DNA of 64,000 nt from an uncultured Acidobacteriota bacterium (GCA_964383585.1 CAYLHQ010000012.1:36714-100713); one strand, 5' to 3'; positions 43,162-53,381 are shown, numbered from the stretch's first letter. Made by a program: numbers and translations. The notes: generated by a model not told the origin, from the sequence alone.

Positions 43162-45275
43162 CGCGCCTTCTCAAGCGCGAGGCGCGCGTTCTCGAGCGTT
43201 GGGTCGAGCTCGAGCGCCCGCTCGAGGTGGGGCACGGCGCCTCGCCGGTCTCCCCGGTTGAGGGCCAGGATCCCGAGGTTCGCCCAGGCAACCGCGTCTT
43301 CAGGATCCGCGGCGACGGCGCGCTCGAACCACTTCGAAGCCTCGTCGTACGCCCTGCGCTTCAGGGCGACCGTACCGAGGCCCGTCGCCGCTCCGGGTGC
43401 CGTCGGATCGAGGTCGATCGCCGCACGGAAATGCGTCGCGGCATCTTCGATCGCTCCGGCGTCGTCGAGAAGCTCTCCCAGGCGCACCCTCAGCGCCGCG
43501 TTCGAGGGGGCGAGCGCGACCGCGCGCTCGAGGAGGGAACGCGCCTCCGCCTCGTTCCCGGCCGCGAGCGTGAGCGCGCTCAGGCGTTCGAGCGCGTCGA
43601 CCCGCCTCGGATCGCAGGCGAGGGCCTGACGGAACCGCCGCTCGGCCAGGACGCGGTCGTTCCGGGCGACGAGGGCGTTCTCGCCGAGGCGATACGGCGC
43701 CTCGCAGTGCTCGGGATACCGCTTCAGGACCTCCTCGAACACGGCATCGGAGCGGGAGGTGTTTCCAGCGAACTGCCAGGCGCGCCCCATCTCGAGCCGC
43801 ATCCAGAGATTCCCGGGGTCCGCCGCGAGGATCTTCTCCATCAGGGCGATCGCCTCGTCGTAGCGACCCGCGGCCAGGAGACCGGTCGCGCGCTTCGTGT
43901 CGAGGAACTCCCGCACCCGGTCCTTCGGATCGGGGAGCGAATCCCGGTCGACGTCTTCGAGATCCGGAGGGGCGACGGCTCCGACGTAGCCGAGACTCTG
44001 CAGCCGGTCGACCACGTCGGCGTCCGCCGGGCCGGGTGAACCGTCGGAGGCGTCGCGCGCGAGACGCCCCACCCAGTCCCGCACGAGCCCTCGTCCCGCC
44101 TCCATCTCCTCCGGGCGGTCGGAGGCGAGATCGCGCGTCTCTCCTTCGTCCCCGCGGAGGTCGTACAACTCGGGCCGGGGGGCGTCGATCAACTTCCAGC
44201 CCCCCCGCCGCAGCGCGTACAGCTCGCTCCAACCGAACTCGAGTCGCGGAAGGAGGTTCTCGACCAGCACCCCGTTCCCCGCCTCCGGCGCCTTTCCCCC
44301 TCCGAGGAGCAGGGGGGAAAGGTCCCTCCCGTGCAGCGCGTTCGAGAATCCGACCCCGGCGAGCGATGCAACGGTCGGCGCCACGTCGACGAGCGAGACC
44401 TCGTCCTCGAAGACCGCCCGCGCGGGAATCTTCCCTTCCCACGCGACCAGGACCGGTACGCGCACCGTCGGCTCGTAGACGAAGAGGCCGTGTTGCGTCT
44501 CCCCGTGCTCGCCGAAGGCCTCCCCGTGGTCCGCCGCGACGACGATCAGGGTGCGATCGAGGCGGCCGCCCTCGTCGAGGCCTCTCAGGAGTCGGCCGAT
44601 CTGCATGTCGGTGTAGGCGATTTCGCCTCGATACCGGTCCGGGAAATCCGACAGGAACGGCTCGGGCGGGGCATAGTCGGCGTGCGGGTCGAAGTAGTGG
44701 ACCCAGGTGAACGCAGGCTCCGAACGCCCCAGCCCCCGGAGCCACGCGAGCGCCGCGTCGGTCACCGCCGCCGCCCGTCGCTCGCTCGGCCGGGCCCCCC
44801 GTGCCGCCGCTCCGGCCGGCGGCTCGATCGCGCCGGGTCCGTCGAAGCGATCGTCGAACGTCTCGAACCCCTGATCGAGGCGGAAGGGGCGGGACAGGAC
44901 ATAGGCGCCGACGAAGCCTCCGGTTCGCCACCCCTCGCGACGGAAAACCTCCGCGAGGGTTTCCTCGGATTCGGGGAGGGAAAAGGTCCCGTTGTTGCGG
45001 ACTCCATGGGCCGCCGGGTACCGGCCGGTCAAGATCGAGGCGTGGGACGGGAGCGTGATCGGGGCGACGGTCGACGCCTGGGTGAAGCGGGCGCCTCGGG
45101 CGGCGAGGCCGTCCAGGACGGGGGTCCGGGCCGCCGGATCTCCGTAGCAGCCCAGCCGATCGGCGCGGAGGGTGTCGATCGTGACGAGGAGGATGTCGGG
45201 ACGGACCGCGCCGCCGCCGCAGCCCGAAGCCGCGACGACCAAGACGGCGGCGGCGAGGACGATTCGCTTCGACAC
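43158..45275 (-). CDS. sulfatase-like (alkaline phosphatase superfamily) lipoprotein fused to C-terminal TPR repeats
   Basis: GTG 45275 gives a lipoprotein signal (VSKRIVLAAAVLVVAASGC); ATG 45338 is an alternative start. The metal site is LLVTIDTLRADRL. The nucleophile position reads TLPSH rather than C/S-x-P-x-R. The C-terminal ~300 aa are TPR-like (repeated ...A..L..A...P....). Confidence 0.8.
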   Translation of the reverse strand: MSKRIVLAAAVLVVAASGCGGGAVRPDILLVTIDTLRADRLGCYGDPAARTPVLDGLAARGARFTQASTVAPITLPSHASILTGRYPAAHGVRNNGTFSLPESEETLAEVFRREGWRTGGFVGAYVLSRPFRLDQGFETFDDRFDGPGAIEPPAGAAARGARPSERRAAAVTDAALAWLRGLGRSEPAFTWVHYFDPHADYAPPEPFLSDFPDRYRGEIAYTDMQIGRLLRGLDEGGRLDRTLIVVAADHGEAFGEHGETQHGLFVYEPTVRVPVLVAWEGKIPARAVFEDEVSLVDVAPTVASLAGVGFSNALHGRDLSPLLLGGGKAPEAGNGVLVENLLPRLEFGWSELYALRRGGWKLIDAPRPELYDLRGDEGETRDLASDRPEEMEAGRGLVRDWVGRLARDASDGSPGPADADVVDRLQSLGYVGAVAPPDLEDVDRDSLPDPKDRVREFLDTKRATGLLAAGRYDEAIALMEKILAADPGNLWMRLEMGRAWQFAGNTSRSDAVFEEVLKRYPEHCEAPYRLGENALVARNDRVLAERRFRQALACDPRRVDALERLSALTLAAGNEAEARSLLERAVALAPSNAALRVRLGELLDDAGAIEDAATHFRAAIDLDPTAPGAATGLGTVALKRRAYDEASKWFERAVAADPEDAVAWANLGILALNRGDRRGAVPHLERALELDPTLENARLALEKAR

Positions 45276-45336
45276 GGAACGCGACAAGATACCGCGTTTC
45301 CGAAGCGGCGGACGGGCGGGATAAGATCTTCCGCAC

Positions 45337-46779
45337 ATGGAAATCTTGGCGGTCCTTCTCCTCGTCGTCTCGGCGATCATCCTGTTCGCCACCGAAGCGC
45401 TGCGCGTGGACGTGGTGGCGATCCTCATCCTGGTGGCCCTCGCCCTCTCCGGTCTCATCGCTCCCGAGGAGGCGCTTTCCGGGTTCTCCAATCCCGCGAC
45501 GGCAACCGTCGCCGCGATGTTCGTCCTCTCCGCCGGACTCCGTCACACCGGGCTCGTGGACGCCTTCGCGGACGGGGTCGATGCGCTGCTCGGCCGGAGC
45601 GCGATTCTCGTGACGCTCGGTCTCATGATCGCCGTCGGTCTCGTCTCCGCGTTCATCAACAACACGGCTGCAGTCGCGGTCCTGATCCCGATCGTGATCG
45701 GACTTTGCAGGCGCCATGCCTGGTCCCCGTCCCGCTTCCTGATGCCCCTCTCGTTCATGGGGCAGATCGGCGGCGTGTGCACCCTCGTCGGGACCTCGAC
45801 GAACATCCTCGTCTCGGACATCGCGCGGCGGTCCGGGATGGAACCGTTCGGGATGTTCGAGTTCTCCGCGCTCGGCCTTTGCTTCGCCGGCGTTGGCTTC
45901 GTGTACCTCGCCCTGGTGCCGTCGTTGCTGCTCCGGAGGAACGGCGACGCCCCTCCGCAGCCGCTCGCGGCCCGCTACGAGCTGGGCCAGTACCTCACCG
46001 AGATCGAAGTGGGACCGGATTCCGAGCTCGTCGGACAGCGGCTCGCCGACACACAGATCGGTGAACGCCTCGGCCTCGAGGTCCTCGAAGTGATCCGGGG
46101 AGGGAGACCGGTCTGGATTCCCGCTCCGGAACAGGGTCTCGAGGCAGGCGACGTGCTCGTCGCGCGTGCTCCGATCTCGAACCTTCTCGACGCCCAGCAG
46201 GCGATGGGGCTCCGCTTCAAGCGGAACATCGAGATGAGCGAGTCGCGACTGCAGGGTTCGGGAGTCGTCCTCGTCGAGGCGCTGGTCGCGCCGGATTCTC
46301 GACTTGTCGGGAAGACGCTCCAGGAGGCCCAGTTCCGGAGGAGGTACCGCTGCCAGGCAATCGCGATCCGCCACCACGACCGGCTCGAGGCCGGAACGAT
46401 CGGGAAGGTCCGGCTCGCGGTCGGCGACGTCCTGCTGCTTCAGGGGTACCGCCGGGACATCGAGGCGCTCGCCGCCGGTCTCGCAGTGTTGACTCTCGAG
46501 GAGATCGCGGCGCCCGAGGTCCCATGGCTCAACAAGGGGCTCGCCGTCGGCGCAATCTCGGGAGCCGTCGCGTTCGCGACGCTCGGCGTGGCGCCGATCC
46601 TCGTGACCGCCATGGCAGCCGCCGCGTTCCTCGTCATCGCGCGCGTGCTGACGATCGAGCAGGCCTACCAGGCGATCGATTGGAAGGTGATCTTCCTCCT
46701 CGCCGGGGTGATCCCTCTCGGGATCGCGCTCGAGAGCAACGGGGCGGCCGGGCTCCTCTCTCGGGGGGTGATGTTTTAG
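45337..46779 (+). CDS. SLC13/DASS-family permease with two TrkA-C domains, apparently C-terminally truncated
   Basis: The N-terminal transport half is ~205 aa, followed by two TrkA-C-like domains (...GQRLADTQIGERLGLEVLEVIRGG..., ...GKTLQEAQFRRRYRCQAIAIRHHD...). Only ~90 aa of the second transport half remain before TAG 46777-79, which sits on the first bases of the 175-bp palindrome. Confidence 0.75.
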   Translation: MEILAVLLLVVSAIILFATEALRVDVVAILILVALALSGLIAPEEALSGFSNPATATVAAMFVLSAGLRHTGLVDAFADGVDALLGRSAILVTLGLMIAVGLVSAFINNTAAVAVLIPIVIGLCRRHAWSPSRFLMPLSFMGQIGGVCTLVGTSTNILVSDIARRSGMEPFGMFEFSALGLCFAGVGFVYLALVPSLLLRRNGDAPPQPLAARYELGQYLTEIEVGPDSELVGQRLADTQIGERLGLEVLEVIRGGRPVWIPAPEQGLEAGDVLVARAPISNLLDAQQAMGLRFKRNIEMSESRLQGSGVVLVEALVAPDSRLVGKTLQEAQFRRRYRCQAIAIRHHDRLEAGTIGKVRLAVGDVLLLQGYRRDIEALAAGLAVLTLEEIAAPEVPWLNKGLAVGAISGAVAFATLGVAPILVTAMAAAAFLVIARVLTIEQAYQAIDWKVIFLLAGVIPLGIALESNGAAGLLSRGVMF

Positions 46780-46952
46780 GGGACATTCCGCTTTTTGTTT
46801 CAGAAACGATAGGGGGGGAAGGGAAAAAGGGGACAGGCACCTTTTCGGGAGAACCTTGCGAAATGAACGCAGCGGCCCTCCCCGAAAAGGTGCCTGTCCC
46901 CTTTTTCCCTTCCCCCCCTATCGTTTCTGAAACAAAAAGCGGAATGTCCCCT
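46778..46952. repeat. ~175-bp composite near-perfect palindrome (both repeat families nested); bidirectional terminator-like
   Basis: The left arm 46778-46850 (AGGGGACATTCCGCTTTTTGTTTCAGAAACGATAGGGGGGGAAGGGAAAAAGGGGACAGGCACCTTTTCGGGAG) is the reverse complement of 46879-46952 apart from one position near the loop. It spans exactly from the permease stop to the ilvE stop. Confidence 0.8.
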
Positions 46953-47832
46953 AAACGGCGACGTACTCGACCTTGACGCCGTCCCGCACGCGCAGGCGGC
47001 GGAAGTCGTCGAGGAGTCGCTTCGTCACGGGCCCGGGCACTCCCGCTCCCACACGGCGTCCGTCCACCGCGATCACGGGGACGATCTCAGCGCCGGTGCC
47101 GGTCATGAAGACCTCCTCGGCGTTGTAGAGATCATGCAACCCCACCACGGTCTCGGCGGTCTTGAAGCCGGCGTCGCGCGCGAGCTCGAGCACCGCGCCT
47201 CGCGTGATCCCCGAAAGCGCCCCCTGCATGGTGTCGGGGGTCTTGACCCAGCCGTCGCTCACGAAGAAGAGGTTGTCGGCGGTGCACTCCGCCACGTACC
47301 CCTGATGGTTGAGCATGATCGCCTCGAGCGCTCCCGACCGCTTGGCGTCGAGCTTGCCGAGGATGTTGTTCAGGTAGTTCAGGGACTTGATCCGCGGGTC
47401 GATCGAGTCGTTCGGGATCCGTCGCACGCTCGCCGTCACGAGCGCGATCCCCTTCTCGTAGAACTCCTTCGGGTAAAGCGCGATCTCGGCGACGATGATC
47501 ACGATGGTCGGCCGCTTGCACTTCGCCGGGTCGATCCCGAGATCCCCGTCTCCACGCGAGACCACGAGCCGGATGTACGCATCCCTCTTCTCGTTGGCGG
47601 CGACGGTGTCGCAGACGGCAGCCGTCATCTCCTCGGGGCTCAGGGGGATCTCGAGCGCGATCGTCTTCGCCGACCGGTACAGACGGTCGATGTGTTCCTT
47701 CAGCCGGAAGACGTTCCCGTCGTAGACCCGGATTCCTTCGAACACGCCGTCCCCGTACAGGAACCCGTGGTCGAACACGGAGACCTTGGCGTCCTCCCTC
47801 GCGTACAGCTTGCCGTCGACGTAGATCTTCAC
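46951..47832 (-). CDS. ilvE: branched-chain amino acid aminotransferase (class IV)
   Basis: (V)KIYVDGKLYAREDAKVSVFDHGFLYGDGVFEGIRVY...IKSLNYLNNILGK... are IlvE signatures. GTG 47832 follows GAGGAGG. Confidence 0.9.
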   Translation of the reverse strand: MKIYVDGKLYAREDAKVSVFDHGFLYGDGVFEGIRVYDGNVFRLKEHIDRLYRSAKTIALEIPLSPEEMTAAVCDTVAANEKRDAYIRLVVSRGDGDLGIDPAKCKRPTIVIIVAEIALYPKEFYEKGIALVTASVRRIPNDSIDPRIKSLNYLNNILGKLDAKRSGALEAIMLNHQGYVAECTADNLFFVSDGWVKTPDTMQGALSGITRGAVLELARDAGFKTAETVVGLHDLYNAEEVFMTGTGAEIVPVIAVDGRRVGAGVPGPVTKRLLDDFRRLRVRDGVKVEYVAV

Positions 47833-47842
47833 GGGGACCTCC

Positions 47843-48445
47843 TCAGCAGGCGACGCGCGCGGCCGGACCGGCGGCGTCGCGGATCCGTCGAACGAATCGG
47901 CGGTGGAACACCGAATCGCCCGTCAACTCCGGATGAAACGTGAGCGCCATCACGCGCCCCTCCTCGACGGCCACGGGCTCGTCGCCGAGCCGGGCCAAGA
48001 CCTTCACGCCCGGTCCGATCGACCGGAAGCGCGGCGCTCGGATGAACACCGCCTCGACGGGTCCACCGACCTCGGGCGCGTCGAGCACGGTCTCGAACGA
48101 TTCGACCTGCCGGCCGAACCCGTTCCGCTCAATGACGGCGTCGAGAAGGCCGAGGCTCGGCTGGGCCGGATGGTGGACCTCGCGGGAGAGCAGGATCGCC
48201 CCCGCACAGGTGCCGAGGAGAAATCCTCCCGAGGCGTGGAACTCCGCGAGCCCCTCGAACCAAGGCTCATCCGCCATGAGGTTGAGGAGGGTCGTGCTCT
48301 CTCCCCCCGGGATCACGAGGCCGTCGAGGGAATCGAGTGCGAAGACCCTCCGCACCTCGACCGCCTCGGCCCCCGCCCTCTCGAGCGCCTTCCGGTGAGC
48401 GTTGAAGTCGCCCTGGAGCGCGAGCACTCCGATCCGCCCGGACAT
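47843..48445 (-). CDS. pdxT: pyridoxal 5'-phosphate synthase glutaminase subunit
   Basis: MSGRIGVLALQGDFNAHRKAL...GLVIPGGESTT...GTCAG...FHPE. It begins 2 nt after the pdxS stop. Confidence 0.9.
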   Translation of the reverse strand: MSGRIGVLALQGDFNAHRKALERAGAEAVEVRRVFALDSLDGLVIPGGESTTLLNLMADEPWFEGLAEFHASGGFLLGTCAGAILLSREVHHPAQPSLGLLDAVIERNGFGRQVESFETVLDAPEVGGPVEAVFIRAPRFRSIGPGVKVLARLGDEPVAVEEGRVMALTFHPELTGDSVFHRRFVRRIRDAAGPAARVAC

Positions 48446-48447
48446 CC

Positions 48448-49344
<897 letters not shown>

Positions 49345-49378
49345 CGTCCCCTCCGCCGCCGCGCTCCGCGGCGCGTGG

Positions 49379-50926
49379 TCAAAGGATCGGTACCGTCTCG
49401 AACCTCTCCCCGCGGCGGCTCGCCGCGCCCTGCGGAATGCGTTCCCGAAGCAAGGTCCCGAGGATGCGAATCCCGGCGCGAATCGCCTCGGGCTCCGCCG
49501 ACGAGAAGGTGAGGCGCATCGTGTTGCGGCCTCCTCCGTCGGGGTGGAACAAGTCCCCGCGGCTGAAGAGCACTCCGCGCTCCCGTGCCGCGCCGAAGAT
49601 GTCGCCCACGTCGACGTTCTCGGGGAGCGTGACCCAAAGGAAGAGCCCCCCTTCCGGTCGAGTCCATCGCACCGCGTCGGGGGCGTGGGCGTCGAGGGCT
49701 TCGAGCATCGCCCCGCGGCGTTCGCGGTAGGCGACGCGCACCCGTCCGAGGTGCTCCTCGAGCCCGCCGTCCTCGAGGAACGCGTGGAGGGCGGCCTGCA
49801 CGAGGAGGCTCGTCCCGTGGTCTTCGATCTGCTTTAGGACGAGGAGGCGCTCGAGCACCGGGGCCGGGGCCGTCGCCCATCCGATCCGGAGGCCGGGCAG
49901 GAGCTTCTTCGAGAACGTGCTCAGGTGCACGACGCGCCGACCGCCGTCGAGCGCATGGAGGCTCGGAAGATCCTCCCCCTCGAACCGCAAATCGCCGGCC
50001 CACTCGTCCTCGACGACCGTGCAGGAGTGCCGCGCGGCGAGGTCGAGCAGCTCCCGCCGCCGGTCGAGCGAGAGCACGCGGGTGGTCGGATTCTGGAAAT
50101 TCGGCTGCACGTAGAGAACCCGCGGACGGTGGCGCTCGAGGGCCATCGCGAGGAGGTCGGTTCGGATCCCTTGCTCGTCGACCGGTACGCCCACGAGGCG
50201 CGCGCCGAGGGACGCAAGCGCGCTCAACGCCCCCGTGTAGGTGGGCTCCTCGATCACGACCGGATCGCCGGGATCGAGGAAGGCCCGGAAGACGAGCTCG
50301 ATCGCCTGCTGGGAACCGTTCGTCACCAGAATGTCGTCGGCCGTCGCCGACGAGCCCTCCTTTCGCATCCCCGCGGCGATCGCCTCGCGGAGCGGAACGA
50401 ACCCCGCGGGTGGACCGTACGAGAGAACCTCCGATCCCCGCTCCTTGAGGACCCGGCTCATCGCCCTGCGGAACGCGTCAACCGGCATGAGGTCGGTCGC
50501 CGGATACGATCCGGAAAACGAGATCCCTTCGGTCGCGATGGCGACCCGGTACGCGGCGAGAAGGCCGGCAACCCCGGGGCCTTCGACCGCCCGCGAGAAC
50601 CCGGTGAACCAGGCGTCATCGTTCGACGGCGGTATCGGTTGGGATGCGGGGGCGGACGGCGAAACGAGGAATGTCCCCCGGCCGGTCTGGCTGCGGGCGA
50701 ACCCGTCCTCCACAAGCAGGTCGTATGCGGCAACCACCGTGTTCCGGTTCACCCCGAGTTGGCGGGCGAGGTCCCGCGTCGGCGGCAGCCGTTTTCCCGA
50801 CGGCAGGCGTCCCGACGCGACGGCGGCGCGGATCCCGTCCGCAATCTGGCGGTAGACCGGAACGGAGGAATCGGCGTCGATCCGGAGACCGGCGATGGTC
50901 ACGCTTGGCTCCCCTTGGACCAGCAC
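49379..50926 (-). CDS. MocR/PdxR-type regulator (GntR HTH fused to a fold-type I aminotransferase-like domain)
   Basis: The N-terminal wHTH is [50 protein letters not shown] ~360-aa aminotransferase-like domain follows, with a PLP-lysine region ([16 protein letters not shown]). Confidence 0.8.
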   Translation of the reverse strand: MLVQGEPSVTIAGLRIDADSSVPVYRQIADGIRAAVASGRLPSGKRLPPTRDLARQLGVNRNTVVAAYDLLVEDGFARSQTGRGTFLVSPSAPASQPIPPSNDDAWFTGFSRAVEGPGVAGLLAAYRVAIATEGISFSGSYPATDLMPVDAFRRAMSRVLKERGSEVLSYGPPAGFVPLREAIAAGMRKEGSSATADDILVTNGSQQAIELVFRAFLDPGDPVVIEEPTYTGALSALASLGARLVGVPVDEQGIRTDLLAMALERHRPRVLYVQPNFQNPTTRVLSLDRRRELLDLAARHSCTVVEDEWAGDLRFEGEDLPSLHALDGGRRVVHLSTFSKKLLPGLRIGWATAPAPVLERLLVLKQIEDHGTSLLVQAALHAFLEDGGLEEHLGRVRVAYRERRGAMLEALDAHAPDAVRWTRPEGGLFLWVTLPENVDVGDIFGAARERGVLFSRGDLFHPDGGGRNTMRLTFSSAEPEAIRAGIRILGTLLRERIPQGAASRRGERFETVPIL

Positions 50927-50969
50927 GGACTATAGGTACACCTCACCCGGCGAAGGTGCAACTAGTCCA

Positions 50970-51848
50970 TTATGGTCCAATGACGAGGAGGGAGAGAGCG
51001 ACCACCGTTACCAGCGGAAAGAAGTACCACTCCGCGTGCTTCAGGGCGTGCCGCCACCGCGGCGAGTCGGTGCTCTCCCGGAAGACGGTCGCCGCGAGGA
51101 CGATCGCCCCCGCCATGCCGAAGATCGCGACAGCCCTCTCGTCGATCGACGCCAGGACGCCGAAGACAATGCCGTTCACGAGGTGCGGTCGCGCCAGGCG
51201 GCCGCGGTAGAGGATGAGGTTCGACAGGACCGGAACGGCGAACAGAGCGAGGAGCCCGAGTTGCCAAAGATCGGGCGGGTGGCTCTGCCATTCCGGGGAT
51301 CCGCCTCTCCAGGGAGCCGCCGCCGACACCGCAAGTGCGGCCGATCCCGAGAAGCCGACCAGCCAGGCAAGGCGCTTTCGAAGACCGGGCGCGTCGGGAC
51401 GGGGTTCGAGCAGGTAGGCGGCCGCGAAAAGGAAGGCGAGCGGCCAGAACGGACTCGTCCACGCGAATCCCCCCAGGATCGCCGGGAGGGCGAAGATCCT
51501 TCCCCGCCGTTTCTCGAGGTAGCCCTCCATCGCCCAGGCGCTGGCCCCGAAAAGGGCGTACGGGAGAACCCAGACGAGTTCCGTCACGGCCGTCACGGCG
51601 AGGGCTGCGGCGGCGAAGAGCAGGAACGAGGTCACGAGGTGGTCTCGTGTCTTCTTCTTGAGGCCCATGAAGAGGAAGAACGTTCCGGCGGTGGCGAGCG
51701 CCGACTGCGTCCAATGCGGAACCCCTCGAAAATCGACGAGCCATAGGAGAAGGAAGACGGAGCCCATCCCCACGTACTCCATCTTCAACTTGCGGCCGAC
51801 CCGCTCGATCGCGTCGGGGCGGTAGTCTCGCGGAACGAACGTCTCCAT
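50970..51848 (-). CDS. polytopic membrane protein of unknown function
   Basis: ATG 51848 follows GGGGAGG. The product has about 8 hydrophobic segments, and I recognise no family. Confidence 0.6.
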   Translation of the reverse strand: METFVPRDYRPDAIERVGRKLKMEYVGMGSVFLLLWLVDFRGVPHWTQSALATAGTFFLFMGLKKKTRDHLVTSFLLFAAAALAVTAVTELVWVLPYALFGASAWAMEGYLEKRRGRIFALPAILGGFAWTSPFWPLAFLFAAAYLLEPRPDAPGLRKRLAWLVGFSGSAALAVSAAAPWRGGSPEWQSHPPDLWQLGLLALFAVPVLSNLILYRGRLARPHLVNGIVFGVLASIDERAVAIFGMAGAIVLAATVFRESTDSPRWRHALKHAEWYFFPLVTVVALSLLVIGP

Positions 51849-51896
51849 GGTGCCTCCCCGGATGGTCCGGCGACCGGATTCTACGATGCGGGGGGC

Positions 51897-52096
51897 AAGG
51901 TGGCGCGAAGGGGGGGGGAGGACTCGCGCCGCGTACGAGGCCGAAGTTGCGGCGGGACCTAGGGTTCTCCGCTCCGCGCCGAAGGGAGCGTTCCCCTCGT
52001 GACTCCGCGTCACGGGCGTTCCGATGGAACTCCAAGACTCGCGGCAGCTTCCGCTCCCCATGCGGGTGCAGCGATCCCCACGATCCGGACCACGTT
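51897..52096 (+). mobile_element. MITE-like element, copy B (diverged, intergenic)
   Basis: It aligns in the same orientation over essentially its whole length with 1943-2141. Shared strings include CCGAAGTTGCGG, TCCGCGCCGA, CACGGGC, GATGGAACTC and CCCCATGC. Its left end AAGGTGGCGCGAAGGGGGGGGGAGGACTCGCG matches the terminal repeat of copy A. I estimate identity at about 70% by eye. Confidence 0.5.
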
Positions 52097-52198
52097 GCGG
52101 CGGCCGGACGGAAGGGAAACGCCGCCTCGACCTCGCCCTCCGGGCCGACCCCGCTCTCGGGGAGGCCGGGGCGGCTGCGCGAGCGCACCGGCCGCGGC

Positions 52199-52204
52199 TA
52201 GAAT
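52199..52204 (+). promoter_or_regulatory. candidate -10 box TAGAAT upstream of the cyclophilin gene
   Basis: This is the only AT-rich hexamer in the GC-rich spacer, 36 nt upstream of ATG 52241. The -35 region is weak. Confidence 0.25.
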
Positions 52205-52240
52205 GCGCGGGTTCGCACCACTCACGAGGGAGAACGATTC

Positions 52241-52912
52241 ATGAGAACCGTCGCAGGCATCGTGGCGCTCGCCGTGTTCGCGGCCCTTCCGGCCGCGGCG
52301 GCCGACGCCCAGAAGGCTCCGGCCAAGAAAGGGGAGATCGCCATCCAACAGATCGACCAGCAGATCGCAGGCGTCAAGATCGACAAGTCCGACGCTCGTT
52401 GGAAGACACGGCTCCCGAAGCCGCAGAAGGTCGCGTTCGACGCGGCGACCAAGTACTACGCCCGCATGGAGACGAACAAGGGTCCGGTCAAGATCGAGCT
52501 CATGCCCGACGTCGCCCCCATGCACGTCACGAGCTTCATTTACCTCTCGCGCCTCGGGTTCTACGACGGCCTCTCGTTCCACCGCGTGATCCCCGGCTTC
52601 ATGGCGCAGGGGGGCTGCCCGCTCGGCACGGGAACCGGAGGGCCCGGGTACGAGTACGGCGGCGAGTTCTCCCCCTCGGTCAAGCACGACGTTCCCGGGC
52701 TCCTCTCGATGGCGAACGCCGGACCGGGCACCGACGGGAGCCAGTTCTTCCTGACGTTCGTCCCGACGCCCTGGCTCGACGGGAAGCACACGATCTACGG
52801 GAAGGTCGTCGAGGGGATGGACACCCTGAAGAAGCTCGAGGCCGCGGGCTCGCAGAGCGGCCGGACCACCGAGCCTCTGAAGATCGAGAAGGTCACGATC
52901 GAAGTGAACTGA
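52241..52912 (+). CDS. secreted peptidyl-prolyl cis-trans isomerase (cyclophilin type)
   Basis: Signal peptide MRTVAGIVALAVFAALPAAAA. Cyclophilin signatures are FHRVIPGFMAQGG...GGPGY...MANAGPGTDGSQFF. Confidence 0.9.
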   Translation: MRTVAGIVALAVFAALPAAAADAQKAPAKKGEIAIQQIDQQIAGVKIDKSDARWKTRLPKPQKVAFDAATKYYARMETNKGPVKIELMPDVAPMHVTSFIYLSRLGFYDGLSFHRVIPGFMAQGGCPLGTGTGGPGYEYGGEFSPSVKHDVPGLLSMANAGPGTDGSQFFLTFVPTPWLDGKHTIYGKVVEGMDTLKKLEAAGSQSGRTTEPLKIEKVTIEVN

Positions 52913-53381
52913 TCCGGAAGGGACGCGCGAGCTCGTCGAGGACCGCCTCGACGATCGCCTCGAAACGCTCGCGGAGGCGCGGGCCCAGTTCGAGCGAGAA
53001 GCGGTCGAGGAACTCCGGCACGACGCCCACGATCCGGACTTCCGGCGCGGGGTCGAGCGCGAGCGCGGCCCGGATCAGCTCTCCGAGGTCCGATCCATGC
53101 GCGGAGGAGGGGTGGGGAAGGAAGCCCGCCACCTCCTCCGCGGGAATTCGGTAGATCGCCCCCGCCTCCGCGCGCGTCCGGATCGCGTCGACCAGGATCA
53201 CCCGCTCCTTCCCCCGAAACCACGGGAGCAGCTCGAAACCGGTCGTTCCTCCGTCGAGCACCTCGACCCCTTCGCCGAGCGCTCTCGCGCGAAGTGCGCG
53301 CGCGACGTGCACCCCGATCCCCTCGTCGCCGAGAAGCTCGTTCCCGACGCCGACGACGAGGGTGTGCGCGTGCCCGGTCAC
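52893..53381 (-). CDS. [NiFe] hydrogenase maturation endopeptidase (HyaD/HybD/HoxM family)
   Basis: GTG 53381 overlaps the large-subunit stop (GTGA). The sequence reads LVVGVGNELLGDEGIGVHVA...DGGTTG...VILVDA. Its 3' end overlaps the convergent cyclophilin gene by 20 nt. Confidence 0.8.
   Translation of the reverse strand: MTGHAHTLVVGVGNELLGDEGIGVHVARALRARALGEGVEVLDGGTTGFELLPWFRGKERVILVDAIRTRAEAGAIYRIPAEEVAGFLPHPSSAHGSDLGELIRAALALDPAPEVRIVGVVPEFLDRFSLELGPRLRERFEAIVEAVLDELARPFRISSLRS

Noticed and set aside
43300-46377. A 1025-aa minus-strand ORF, and the 446-aa plus-strand ORF at 42289-43629.
   Set aside because: They overlap the sulfatase/TPR, permease and TonB-receptor genes in wrong frames or on the wrong strand. 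They have no motifs and an R/P/G-rich composition.
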